From positions 90,444,754-90,508,753 of the forward strand of contig JARFYF010000074.1 of the NCBI GenBank assembly GCA_030265395.1: a stretch of 64,000 bases of DNA. Reading direction: 5' to 3'. Made by a program: the position numbers and the translations under genes. The notes beneath the pieces are model-generated. The model saw only the letters and a program-made list of their open reading frames with translations, was not told where the DNA came from and did no database searches. Below, piece by piece: positions 1 through 12,590 of this stretch; position 1 is the first letter of the stretch, and the number at the start of each line of letters is the position of its first letter. Source of the stretch: Rhina ancylostomus (lineage: Eukaryota).

Positions 1-27
1 CCCGACGCACACGCACCTGCTTAGGTG

Positions 28-720
28 AAGGCTTCAAGTTCCTAGGAGTGAACATCGCCAAGGGCCTGTCCTGGCACAAACACACAGACACCATGGCCAA
101 TAAAGCTCACCAGCACCTCTTCCTCAGAAGGCTAAGGAAATTTGGCATGTCCCCTTTGATCCACACCAATTTTTAATCGATGCACTGTAGAAAGCATCCT
201 ATCCAGATGCATCATGGCTTGGTATGGCAACTGCTCTGCCCGAGATAGCAAGAAACTGCAGAGACTTGTGGACACAGCCCAGCGCATCACAGAAACCAAC
301 CTCCCTTCCATGGACTCTGTCTACACTTCTCACTGCCTCAGTAAAACAGCCAACATAATCAAAGACCCCACCCAGCCTGGACATTCTCTCTTCTCCCATT
401 GGGCAGAAAATATAAAAGCCTGAAAGCACATACCACCAGGCTCAAGGACAGCTTCTATCCTGTTGTTCTAAGACTCTTGAATGTACCTCTTGTACAATAA
501 AGATGAACTTTTGATTTCTCAATCTACCTTTTCCTGGCCCTTAATTTATCTACCTGCACTGTACTTTCTCTGTAACTCTGACACTATATTCTGAATTCTG
601 TTTCTTTTCCTCCCTTTTGTACTACCTCAATATACTTATGTATGGAATGATCTGTCTGGATGGCATGCAAACAAAAGCTTTTCACAGTATCTCGACACAT
701 GCAACAACAATAAACCAATT
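28..720 (+). mobile_element. Rex1/Babar-type non-LTR retrotransposon, 3' fragment
   Basis: Decayed ORF AWYGNCSARDSKKLQRLVDTAQRIT...CLSKTANIIKDPTQPGHSLFS, typical of the post-RT C-terminus of this clade. Ends AATAAACCAATT. Confidence 0.75.
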
Positions 721-856
721 ACAGATGAGCACTTGAATCACTTAGGCATAGAAGGGAAATGGGCTGTGCTGGGAGATGAGATTAATAGGTGCCCACTGGT
801 CAGCATGGATGGGGTGGGCCTAATGGCCTGCTTCCATACCATATGTCTCTACTCTA
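721..856 (+). mobile_element. CR1 LINE 3' tail fragment
   Basis: GTCAGCATGGAT...GGGCCTAATGGCCTGCTTCC...TCTCTA, the CR1 3' UTR pattern seen in other copies here. Confidence 0.55.
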
Positions 857-1065
857 AACGTGACTCATGATTCCAACCTGGTATCCAGGCTCATCACACC
901 AGACCTATAGTGAAACCTGTACTGCCTCATCTGTGAGATGTTTTCTCGGTGGCTTCAGCATGGGGAGTGAAAGACTGATAACTTCCAGTGGAAAAGATTG
1001 AAAGGGCTTGGATGGAAACCTAACTCAGCTCCGTCACAAAACCTGCGCTGCTGTTGCCTGGGTTG

Positions 1066-1165
1066 CCATAACACATAGGAGCAGAATTAGGCCATTTGGC
1101 TCTTCGAGTCTGCTCCGCCATTCAACCATGGCTGACTTATTTTTCCCTCTCAACCCCATTCTCTA
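1066..1165 (-). mobile_element. CR1 LINE 3' tail fragment
   Basis: CATAGGAGCAGAATTAGGCCATTTGGC...CTGCTCCGCCATTCAA, matching other minus-strand CR1 tails such as 57295. Confidence 0.6.
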
Positions 1166-2114
1166 GCAGTCTGACAGGCAACAACAAGAGTTCCTGCACA
1201 GTGGCAGCAGTGAGAGCAGAATGGTGCTATTCTAAAAGAGATCAACAAGCATGTGCTCTCTGGTATGACTGCCACTAACTGGGTCTTCAGGAATTCAACA
1301 GAAGTTCTGTTGAAGAACAGATTGTTGGGCTACTCTGATATTCTAGAAGTCCCTTTGCACAATGGATCCACAGCATAATGACACTGGTGTGAGCTGGCGA
1401 GGCTGTCTGAGCTTCCACAGTATTGTCCACCCTGACTTGACCTTCTGAAATTAAATGATCTCATTGTCTCTATGGAGTATATTGTACCTGGCTGGTCTCT
1501 TGACCTCTATCACCTCTTCCTGTTACCTTACTTAACAATCTCTCTGTATTGTTCAGCCACTGCTCAAAGCATTGCAGGCCAGGAAGGACTCCCATTACTT
1601 CTCATAGCCACAATGTGCCTTCTTAAAAGGTGCAGCCCTCCTACGAGTAGCTCTAGGCAAATGAGAGTTTGGGCCACCTGATATTGCTTGCAATGAATCC
1701 ATAGCATAGGTAAGACTGGGTACATTCGTCACAATGTTGATCAAGAGCAAATTCACAGAGAGCCCAAATGCAGCACACCGATACAAGACTGGAGTCAGGA
1801 TACTTCCTCAGGACAAACGCAGGCAGTAATTGGAAGGAATCTTGCCTCGGAGATCAGAAGAGGAATCCCAACACGGACTGGATCTTCACAAAGGAACAGA
1901 GAACACAGGNNNNNNNNNNNNNNNNNNNNNNNNNNNNNNNNNNNNNNNNNNNNNNNNNNNNNNNNNNNNNNNNNNNNNNNNNNNNNNNNNNNNNNNNNNN
2001 NNNNNNNNNAGTCCAGCATGGAATCCATGTGCTGGACAACAAGGCATTAATGGAGCCAAATGAGGGCCAGAACTCAGAACCATGACCACATTGTACAATG
2101 ATGCAAAACAGCAG

Positions 2115-2625
2115 CATAATAGGAAAGATGCCACTGAGCTGGAAAGAGGGCAGAAAAAAATTATAAAGACATTGCTGGAACTCAAGGGACTGAATTATAG
2201 AGAGATGTTGAGCAGGCAAGGACTTCATTCTTTGGAGCATAGGAGAATGAGGGGCGATCTTATAGAGGTGTATAAAGTCATGAGGGGCATTGATAGGGTG
2301 AATGCACTTGGTCTTTCTCCCAGGGTTGGGGTATCAAGAACTAGAGGGCACAGGTTTAAGGTGAGAGGGGAGAGATTCAACTGGAACCTGAGGGGCAACT
2401 TTTTCACCCAGAAGGTGGTCTGTAAATGGAACGAGCTGTCAGAGGAAGTCGTTGAGGCAGGCATGTTAACATTATTTAGAAGGCACTTGAACAGATACAT
2501 GCATAGGAAAAGCTTAGAGGGATATGGGAAAAAAGCAGGCAAATGAGACTAGCTTAAATGGGTATCTTGGTCGCCATGAACCAGTTGGGCCGAAGGGCCT
2601 GTTTCTGTGCTGTATGACCTTATGA
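2115..2625 (+). mobile_element. CR1 LINE, 5'-truncated (end of ORF2 plus 3' UTR)
   Basis: ORF ...LHSLEHRRMRGDLIEVYKVMRGIDRVN...TRGHRFKVRGERF...NFFTQKVVCKWNEL. Tail GGGCCGAAGGGCCTGTTTCTGTGCTGTATGA. Confidence 0.9.
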
Positions 2626-3175
2626 GCAGCCCTTTAGTTCACATTTGACTTGCTTTAGTGATTCAAATACAGGTAGCATGCACTGCTCACAAGATAATGT
2701 GGGTGCAGGTTAACAATGCACAGGAATTCTAACCATTTTATCAGAAAATAACCAATTATCCCCATCCCTTCTAATCCTTAACATTCAGAGATCTAATCAT
2801 AGACAGATAGATTTAACTAACTGCTGCCTTTGATCATTGTGTCGATTTGATGCTTTAAGTGTTGCGTCATCGCCAGAGTCATTTTTACCTCTTAATTTTA
2901 TAGAAACTTCTTTGAATTCTGCCAGACCTGGGATAATGAGGAAAAGAATCACGAGGAATCTCAACTGAGTCATCTGAATGGATGATAAGGCCCAAGCTAA
3001 AACTTCCCAGTTGTCTGCTGTGAATGAAGTACCCATCATTGCTGGTTACAGTAATCCGAATGGATAACAGGGATANNNNNNNNNNNNNNNNNNNNNNNNN
3101 NNNNNNNNNNNNNNNNNNNNNNNNNNNNNNNNNNNNNNNNNNNNNNNNNNNNNNNNNNNNNNNNNNNNNNNNNNN

Positions 3176-3243
<68 letters not shown>
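3176..3243. repeat. Poly-C run (68 nt) abutting an assembly gap
   Basis: Seen directly; may be a sequencing or assembly artefact. Confidence 0.8.
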
Positions 3244-3487
3244 AGACTGGCCACCTGGCCACAGCTTCAGACTGTCAGGGGACAGAAGGCTGCACCCGGT
3301 CACTGCACTGCATCATCCGGGTGCATTAGAAGGTTGCGGGGCTGTTGCACCATTGGGTGCATTGGACCAGCTGTGAACTCGCGGGTGGGACTGCTCCAGG
3401 GCAAACTGCACTCCCCTTCCTCTGTCAGGCAACGGTGAACACCAATGATCCATTAACTGGAGGCCGGCTCTTTAGTATATTCTCTTG

Positions 3488-3685
3488 ACATAAAGGAGGC
3501 CACTCAGCCCATCAAATCTGTGCCAGCTCACAGAGCAATCCCATTTCCTCACTAATTTTCCTTGTAATCTATTCTCCTTAAATATCTATCAACCTCCCGC
3601 TCTCTCCCACTTCCCCAGATACTACAACCCACCTACACCAAGGGGAATTTAGATTAGTCATTTAACTAACCAACCCACAGGTCAA
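3488..3685 (-). mobile_element. HE1/V-SINE-like fragment with CR1-derived tail
   Basis: Reverse complement reads GACCTGTGGGTTGGTTAGTTAAATGACTAATCTAAATTCCCCTTGGTGTAGG (V-domain-like), followed by a CR1-type tail GATGGGCTGAGTGGCCTCCT. Confidence 0.55.
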
Positions 3686-4334
3686 CAAAGTGCATTCATA
3701 TTAATTCTGTTTAATATAAGTAAGTTAAAGTAGTTGGATGAATAGGATATTATCAGTACAAGTTGACATGGTTTTAAGAGAGAAAATGGAGCTTGATAAA
3801 CTTGGCAGTGCTTTTTAAGAAGGTACAGAATATATTATTAGAGTTTTCATTAATCTTCCGACAAAATTATGGCACACTCCAAGTTACATATCACCCCTGA
3901 GTTTGGCAGAAAGACTCAGTCTTCCAACAGCAGCCCTCAACTTTGCTCCCAGTAACAACCCAACAAGTTGACAAGCAAATGGCAAAGAATTTAAAAAGCA
4001 CAGGGCTTTGTCCTGCTGTTATGGCTCATGTTTCTATGCATGGTCCATCCAAGTGTTAATCGTATATGCATTAATTATAGGGGAGGCATTGATTGGTTGT
4101 TGAACCTGGATTGACATCATTCTGATGTACTCCATGTTAAAGCTACAGTTTTGCTTTTCACTTTAAGTCATATAGCACACAACAGAACATATATCATGCA
4201 GTTTAATTTCTTGAAAAAAATATCTTCACTTATTCATAAATCAACATAATTATTATTATTCCAGTGAATCTCTTGGTTGCTCATGGAAAGTCAAAAACAA
4301 GTTAATGATTAAGACCAAGCAGAAATTGGATGGA

Positions 4335-4446
4335 AAAATAAACTATTGGAAGAACTCAGCAGGTCAAGCAGCATCTTTGGAGGCCAAGGGATAGTCAACA
4401 TTTTGGGTCTAGATCCTGCATCAGCATCTGCAGTCTCCTGCATCTT
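4335..4446. mobile_element. Penelope-like terminal (pLTR) derivative
   Basis: GAAGAACTCAGCAGGTCAAGCAGCATCT...GCATCTGCAGTCTC, same family as 11816 and 29215. Confidence 0.55.
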
Positions 4447-4489
4447 GAGCAAATGGGAGATTTAGAGTAAATATTTAGAGTAATGTGTT

Positions 4490-4665
4490 GGGGTGGGGAG
4501 AATGGGAAGGGGAAGAACAAGCAAATAGGAAGAGTAAATAGTTGGGGAAGGTGGAGAGATAATCAAGATGGAAGAAAAAGATGGGAGAAAGGAAAGAGGA
4601 TAGAAAGGAATTAGGAAGTTGAGTGGGAGTGAAATGGGGATAAGGGAGAAAAGTGGAGAGGTTAT
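4490..4665. repeat. Purine-rich low-complexity tract
   Basis: Strongly G/A-biased on the + strand. Confidence 0.6.
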
Positions 4666-6022
4666 CAAAGTCTATAAACATGAAGAATAGTGCCTATGAA
4701 TTTCTTAGCAGGTGAGACTGCTGAATGTTCTTGGTTAAAGCAATGAGACTGGCCATTAAAACTCCAGTGGGGATAGCTTCCCACAAGTTAACTGAGACAA
4801 CAAATATTTCAGTTGTAGAGTGGGGGAGGAAGGATGAAAGGATGGCTAACAATTGTGGAGGTATGACTCAGAAATACTGCCAATGGTAGGACAAGGTTTC
4901 AAAACAGTGTGTGGCAATAGGTCAACATGTGGAGACTTGGAAGGAGGACAGGTGGAAAGCTGGTATGAAAAAGCTAGGTTGTGAAGGGTTGAATGGCATT
5001 ATTCTTCAGGTGTCAGAGATTGTGATTTACACAACATTTATCAATCTGAAAGCAAGTTCTTGGGAAGCATAATGGAGGATTAGTTCCCATGAATACAGAT
5101 CGAGTTAAGGAGCAGGGCAGGCCAAAATTTATTAACACTAGCATCAGGCACTTCATGACTTTCAGTTTAAATTATACAGGATGAACTCCTTAATTGAATA
5201 CATTATTCAGGCTCCTTAACTTACCTCGAGGCCTTTTGTTTTTTTAGCCAGATTATGCTTGTTGTCACTTACTGATACTTCGGTTAACTGATAGTGTGAC
5301 AAGAATGGATATTGCATCGACTTGGATGATATTTCTTTGCAGTATGTATAAAACACTGGTTTTAAACAATGACTATTACTTTAAGGCTGTCATCCTTAAA
5401 AGACTGTATCTGAATTGCAACAACATTTTGAAGATTCCACAGAAAACCTTTGAATAAACTAAACACACTTTGTATGAACTCCTCATGCCTCATCTGTATA
5501 TTCTGTTTAAGGTTAAGAAACCCCTGAAGACACACATTTTATACTCACAGTATCAATATACATTGGGTTAGACAAAGCTATTGGAAGAATTTCTCAAAAT
5601 AATACATAAAGGTATAATGTTCGGTGTAAATATGGATTCTTTGATGTGATAAAATTCTATCGGGCTGGTTCTTACAAAGTATTTGTATTCAATTTGAAAA
5701 GTTATTTTGTGCTTAATTCTGCAGTTTTGGTATATAGTCCATAATTATTTCTGAATACATTCCTAAGAAGAAATTACTGGATTGGACCCATTCTGGTTTG
5801 ATTTGTAAATACCTGGCTTGGAACTATTTCTGGTTGTTCCGTTTCCAGCATTTTCATTCTTCAGGAAAAGTATGGATTTTCAAATGATAACATAAACCGA
5901 CCAAGTAAGCTAAGTACTAGCCAAGTTCTGCTAAAAAGCAATTGGATTCAAAAACAAAAAATGTTCACCGTTTATTCACTTTTAATATGTAGCTCCACAA
6001 ATGTTATTATTACAAAATCTGT

Positions 6023-6292
6023 TTAGAACATAGAACATAGAAAAACTATGGCACAATTCAGGCCCTTCGGCCCACAAAGCTGTGCTGAACATGTCCCTAC
6101 CCTAGAAATTACTCTGCTTACCCATAGCCCTCTNNNNNNNNNNNNNNNNNNNNNNNNNNNNNNNNNNNNNNNNNNNNNNNNNNNNNNNNNNNNNNNNNNN
6201 NNNNNNNNNNNNNNNNNNNNNNNNNNNNNNNNNTCATTGTCAGAGGCTCCGCAATCTCCTCCCTCACTTCCCACAGCAACCTAGGGTACATC
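6023..6292 (-). mobile_element. CR1 LINE 3' end spanning a gap
   Basis: Tandem tail TAGAACATAGAACATAGAA followed by CAGGCCCTTCGGCCCAC (reverse complement of the CR1 3' end). Confidence 0.75.
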
Positions 6293-7009
6293 TTAATATT
6301 TAGGATTCAACTAACGGTTTCAATTTTACACTGAAGGGAATTCTTCACACGTCAATCCTCATGAGGACATACATTTGTGTCTCTTGGTCAATTCCTTTCC
6401 ATAGGACTTAATTGAAACAACCCTGGGAAAAAAATTGCTGAATTACTGTTGAATTTCTACTGCTGTATTCATGATTTCCTGGAATTATGCAGTTACATCT
6501 GTGTTACAACAATGTTCTCTAGCAAATTAAATACTGCAAGAACTCTTTTCCTATTGGAGCTGGTGAGGCAGGTACGAAGGATCATTGGTCCAGGAAGAGT
6601 TAATTGGTAGACTACAGGGTTGGCCTTTGCATTCATATGCAGGTCAGTTTTAGAATTCTTGTACCTAAAAAAAGCTTACAAATTAGTAGTAATGAAGATT
6701 ATGAGATGCAAGGCAGGATATCTAAATATCCTTATATCATTCCACCTGAACAAGATCTCAACAAATTCCCTTGAACTTGGAATGATAAAACTGCAGCTTA
6801 AATTTCTTTAAATATAATGCTTTCCAACAATGTTAGAATTTTTCCTTATTCTTTGTAAACATAAGATTGAACAACTTCTCAACCAGTAGAACAATCACAT
6901 CAATCATTAACCAAGATTATATAGCTTTGACCTTTCTTAGAGCTTAGCGTGCATTGCATTAATGTGCAAAAGACTAAATTACGTTGAATTAACCCCAAGG
7001 AAAATATCA

Positions 7010-7202
7010 CTAAGCTGAACTCCCCCTAACTGCAAAACGTGTACTGCTGGTCGCCATTACAGGAACATACATCTGTGTTAATGAAATATTTCCAGCTATC
7101 TGAAGGTTATTAAAATATTTGTGTAAAGATGCCCTCAGCTAAGAAATCAATTCTGCAAGTTTCCCATTGACTTTGCATGAATAACTGACCAGTGCTTCAA
7201 AG
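7010..7202 (+). other. CASR: Probable non-coding first exon (5' UTR) of CASR; start approximate
   Basis: Ends in a strong donor AAG|GTAAGA (7202/7203). GGTCGCCATTACAGGAACAT...ACATCTGTGTTAATGAAATATT...TCTGAAGGTTATTAAAAT...GAAATCAATTCTGCA...ATGAATAACTGACCA resembles my recollection of the dogfish (Squalus acanthias) kidney CaSR cDNA 5' UTR, which then continues into sequence like exon 2 here. Not database-verified. Confidence 0.7.
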
Positions 7203-8884
7203 GTAAGAATTTGTTTCAATCCCATTATATTTCAGTTGTTTACTTATGATCTTTTCCATAGAGATTTTAATTTCATTATTAACCAACTATCATTAACTGG
7301 GTTTAAAATTAGACTGAATAACTACAGTGATAAATACTTTCAGGTTCATAAGTAAATGAAATAAGTAATTCCAGAATTTAAGATGCTAGAACAATGAACA
7401 GTCAAAAAAATTCTGTTTCACTTAAATAAGTAAAAGGAAAGAATCCTCCAAGGTATGTGATCACCTCAAGAGGGCTGATATTAAACATAACACAATTTTT
7501 GAAAAGTATTTGAATCCAAGAAATTGAAATGTATTTTTAAATAATAATATTTTTGAAAACAGAGTATTGGGGGGGCGGGGGAAGCAAATAGAATGTTAAA
7601 AAGGACATTGTTCACACAATGATGGCTCTTTTGTTAACCTCAACTTAAAACAGGAATATTAATTCAGTAATTCAGACAGGTATACACATTGGATGAAGAT
7701 TGATGTTAAATGTAGAGTTTTCACTTGGTGTGATTTCTAAGTAACTTTTTAGATCTCTCGATTGTGAAAAATATCATTAGGGATTAGTTGCCTAACGTTG
7801 ATGACAATGGTAAGGGATATTAGACTGTTTCTGTAATGGTGGCAATCCAGATCACCAGCTAAAAGTTAAAAATAAACCTTTAAACTGCAATATCAAAATG
7901 TAATTAACCTAATCCAAACACAATTTTTAAAATGCAACCAAAACTCTTTTCAATATACCTGACCAGAAAGTGAAAATTTTTAAACACACATTGTCAGAAC
8001 ACAAATTGCAAATCACTTAAAGNNNNNNNNNNNNNNNNCTTTTCTCTTGACACTGGTGTTTTATAAATAGAATAGTTGGATTACATCACAACCACTGAGA
8101 CTATTTTGTATTTTTGATAGCATAAATTGATTTCCAGAGCAATAACTTGCACACATTGTACTGCACACAATAACTTTCAACACTTAAATTACATTTACCA
8201 CAAACAGTGACTAACTGAAATGAATTTTAAATTGTGAAATAATATCCTTATTACTATTAAGAAACACAATGATTTCCAAATATCGGTGCAACTTTTATGT
8301 TGATTATCTGCAGCTTGGCAGTTTGATCTATGTATATAATTTATTTTGTGGGCCAAGCATACTCATTTCATTAAAGCAGGGATAAGCTAATTACATACTA
8401 GAAATATTTAGCTCAACGATAATGTGTATTTAGAAAGAAAATGTCCTAAAGTGCTTCACAGGGGCATTTCCAGGGAAAAAAAGATATCAAATCTAAAAAG
8501 GAATATGAAGAGGAATAAAAATATCAAATTTTTAACTAAAAATTTACTAAAGGATGAAGGTAAAAGGATGAAGATAAAAGCTGAGGTAAAAGGATAACTA
8601 GACTTAGAGCTGGCAATAGTGTAGGATAGTAAGTGGAGAATGTGCAGGAGGTCAGTATCAGTACAAATAAAACACGTGCCACTCTCACTACATACCCACC
8701 CACTTTCTACCCAGTGGGCAGGGTCTAAATTAACCTACAAATATTTTCCAATGTATTTATGGTGGCAGGTGTGCTTGTATCGGTCAGCAAATCAGAGCAT
8801 GTCTTGATAAAAGCCCAATCATTACAATGTTCTCATGGCACAAGGTGAGTGCCAGTATGGGTTGTGAGGAGGATGAAGAGAGAT

Positions 8885-9682
8885 TTTTAGGCATAGCAGA
8901 TGGAATTTAATGTGAAATGTTAAATCATTCACTTCAGTATAAAAAATAGCAAGGTGGAGTATTTTTTTCTCCCAATGGTGAGAGGTTGAAAGTGTTGATG
9001 GACAGAGGTAGTTGGCTGATCTTGTATACAAATCACTGAAAGTTAACAGGTAGGTACAAAAAGTAATTAGGAAAATAACCAGGATACTGGCCTTCACTGC
9101 AAGAGAATTTGAGTACAAAAGTAAAAGCACCTTACTGTGATTCTATCACCTCCTGGTGAGAACATACCTGGAATATTGCATTCTGGTTTGGTTTCACTGC
9201 CTAAGGAAGAACATTAGTATAATAGAGGGATGGCAGTTAAGGTTCACCAGATTGGTCATCGCAAAAACAATGGGGTGAGGTGGTTCTAAGAGAGATTAAG
9301 CCTACACTCTCATTCAAAAGAATGAGAGATGATTTAATTGGAACATATAAAATTCAGTGGCCTTGTTAGGGAAATGGCTTAGGTGTCTAGAACAGAGCCA
9401 CTGTTTAAAAAGAAAGAGTTTGTTATTCCTGGCTGAAATAAATTTCTTCATCCAAGTGGTGGTGAATCTTTAGAATCACCTACCCAAAAATGAGATGGGG
9501 TCTCAGTAAATGAGTGAACTTAAGACAGAGATTGTTGGATTTTTGGATGTTAAGTGAATCAAGGGATATAGGGATAGTACAGGAAAATAGCTCTGAGGGT
9601 AAAGACCAGCCAGATCTTGTTGAATGGTGTGTAGGAGTGAGGAGTCAAATGGCCTACTGCTTTAATTTCTCATGCTCTTAAT
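8885..9682 (+). mobile_element. Degraded CR1 LINE 3' region
   Basis: Remnants of WQMEFN, GFTAREFEYKSK, LVRTYLEYC and FFIQVVVNL motifs, plus 3' tail GAATGG...AAATGGCCTACTGC. Confidence 0.75.
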
Positions 9683-11084
9683 TAACCAGTGTACCTTGCA
9701 GTTAGTAATTTAGTAGCCAATATCACTAATATCCAAATGTTTGCCAATGAATTTTAAGCTAAAAGTCACTTCCCTTGAAGAATTAACAAGGACATGACAG
9801 ATGGAATATAATAGGGAAGATTGTGAAGGCACCACATTTGGAACCTCAGTGTGATCATGCTTGCTTAACCAGCTAACTGGAATTGTTCATCTGGCCAATC
9901 AGGGAGATATATGTGATATGCAAAATTATGTTCTATAACTCCAGCATGGAACAAGTAGCACGAAATGGGGCAAATTTTTCAAAAATTGTTTCAAATATTT
10001 TAACTGTGAACATAAATAGCTCAACTCACTGGTCTATCAGCAAGTTCTATTTGATAACTAAAGTCCTCTTTCTAAATTAATTCTGAGGCCCAAACTAATC
10101 CCCGTGCAACGTTGAAGCACTTAGCTGGACAATTCAACCAAAAAGGGGGAACCTTAAGGAAATCCTTAATGGGAAAATACATTTCCAATTACCAATGATA
10201 CAATAAGGACATTACATAATAAATGACAATGTTTCATACTGCAAGAGGTCTGTAGCAATTCCTTTCTTTTTGTCTGAAAGAAAGGGGTTTCAAGGAGATT
10301 TTAAAAATGTTCTCCAGTTTCAATCTATTCATGAAAATGGCACTCCTTTCCTTTTTTCTTGAGCTTTTGAATGATTTGATTTGATTTTTCTATCCTATAT
10401 AAGGGACCTAATATATGAATAGTAAACCAAATAAAGCAGTGAATGCCAAATATTTATTTTAAACAATAAGTAGGTAGCTAATTGAACCATGGAAAAAGTT
10501 CCCTTTGATTATCAGTACTCAGATGTGATATGGAAATCCTCTTTTCACAGTCACTGTGGGGTCTGTGCTCCCCTCAGTACAGCACAGACACACTCTATAG
10601 CATAACTGAATAAGACACTGCATCAACCTACAAGATAAATAAAGAAAATATTTTAAGGATCTTTAACAGAAAGGGTGTTGAAATTTTTCTACTGCTTTCC
10701 AAAAACAATTCTGTCAGTAGCTGATGTCTCAATAAACATTATTATGTATTCACAATTAGTCATCATCTCTAGAAGAGATTGGCAAGTGGAATTGTGTAGG
10801 GACTAAGGGCGAAGAAAGACGAGCACACCATTTTGATGTAATTTGCCCTATTTAAATATTATGAATCTGAAATGCTGGACATACTCAGCAGGTCATCAAT
10901 GTGAATCATTAATTACTTCTCTCTCCACTTATGTTCCCTGAGTTACTGAGTATTTCCAGCACTCTCTGTCTTATTTTCAGTCTTTATGGCAGCCTTTATA
11001 ATCAAGTTTCATACTTCCTCATGCAGTGACCTGGAAAACACAAGGTACTAACACAAGAGCTGGTTCACAGTCTTCAGTTTTGTT

Positions 11085-12590
11085 TGCCTCAACCACTTCC
11101 TCTGACAGCTCATTCCATATACTGACCACTCTCTGGGTGAAACACTTGCCCCTCAGGTTCCTATTAAATCTCTCCCCTCTCATCTTATGCCCTCTAGTTC
11201 TTGATTCCCCAACCCTGGGAAAAAGACTGTTTGCATTCACCCTATCTATGCCCCTCATAATTTGACACATCTCTACAAGGTCAGCCCTCATTCTCCTACA
11301 CTCCAGTGAAAAAAAGTTCCAACCTTCCCAACCTCTTTCCATAATTCAATCCTTTGAGTTCTGGCAACATCCTCGTAAATCTCCTCTGTATTCTTTCCAG
11401 CTTAATGGCATCTTTCCTATAGCAGGGTGACCAAAACTGAACACAATATTCCAAATGTGGCCTCATCATTGTGTACTTCTTGTGGTCATATAACATCCCA
11501 ATTGCTAAACTCAGTGCCCAGGGAGACGAAGGCCTGTGTGACAAGNNNNNNNNNNNNNNNNNNNNNNNNNNNNNNNNNNNNNNNNNNNNNNNNNNNNNNN
11601 NNNNNNNNNNNNNNNNNNTGTTCTACAACACTCGCCACGCCCTACCATTCACGGCGAAAGTCCTACCCTCATTTGTCTTCCCAAAATGCAACACCTCACA
11701 CTTAACCAAATCAAAACTTAATTTACCATTCCTTGGTCCACTTACCCAGCTAATCAAGATCCCTTTGTAAATCCTGATAACTATCTTCACTGTCAAAGAC
11801 ACCTAATTTTAGTGTAGAGAAATAAAGGACTGCAAATGCTGGAATCTAGATGAAAAAACAACAAGATGCTGGAGGAACTCAGCAGGTCAGGCAGCATCTG
11901 TGTAGAAATGTTGCTGTTTTTCTCCATGGATACTGCTTGACTTGCTGAGTTCCTCCAGCATCTTGTTGTTTCTTCACCTATTTTAGTGTCATCTGCAAAC
12001 TTACGAACCATGCCTTGTACATTCTCATCCACATAGCAATGGGCCTAGCACTGAGCCTTGAGGAAAACCACTAGTCACGGCGTCCAGTCTGAAAAACAAC
12101 CTTCCACCACCACCCTCTGCTTCCTACCATCAAGCCAATTCTGTATTTAATTAGCAAGATCTCCTTGGATCCCATGCGATCCAACTTTCCATAACAGCTT
12201 GCCATGATGAACCTTAAAGGCCTTAATAAGGTTCATATAGACCACATCTACCCCCCTGCCCTCATTGACCTTAGTTACTTCTTCAAAAAACTCAATCAAA
12301 TTCGTGAGATATGATCTTTCATGCACAGAGCCATGCTGACTATCCCTAATCAACTTCTGACTTTCCAAATGCTTATATACCTTATCCCTCAGAATCCCCC
12401 CTGGTGACTTATCTACCAGAGATGTTATTAGCCTTACTGGTCTATAGTTCCCAGGTTTTTCTTTGCAGCCCTTCTTAAATAAAGTTACAATGTTAGGCAG
12501 TCTTCCGGCACTTCACCCATTGCCAATGATGAATCATACATCTCAGCCAGGGCTCTCGCTATTTCTTCTCTAGCTTCCCACAGGGAGCAC
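11085..12590 (-). mobile_element. CR1 LINE ORF2 (RT) fragment, interrupted by a gap and a Penelope-derived insert
   Basis: Minus-strand ORFs with DSQHG...LTNLIEFFEEVT, KFADDTKIG, RPHLEYCVQFWSPCYRKD and TQRVVSIWNEL. Confidence 0.92.
11816..11974. mobile_element. Palindromic Penelope-pLTR-derived insertion with ~15-16 bp TSD
   Basis: Arm AACAAGATGCTGGAGGAACTCAGCAGGTCAGGCAGCATC is near reverse-complementary to GATACTGCTTGACTTGCTGAGTTCCTCCAGCATCTTGTT. Flanked by CACCTAATTTTAGTGT (11800-11815) and CACCTATTTTAGTGT (11975-11989). Confidence 0.75.

Noticed and set aside
2082-2546. 154-aa ORF as a host gene
   Set aside because: It is the C-terminus of CR1 ORF2 in a truncated LINE copy.
3176-3243. 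Poly-Pro/poly-Gly ORFs and a possible G-quadruplex from the poly-C run
   Set aside because: A homopolymer at a gap edge, likely an artefact or unresolved repeat, with no coding context.
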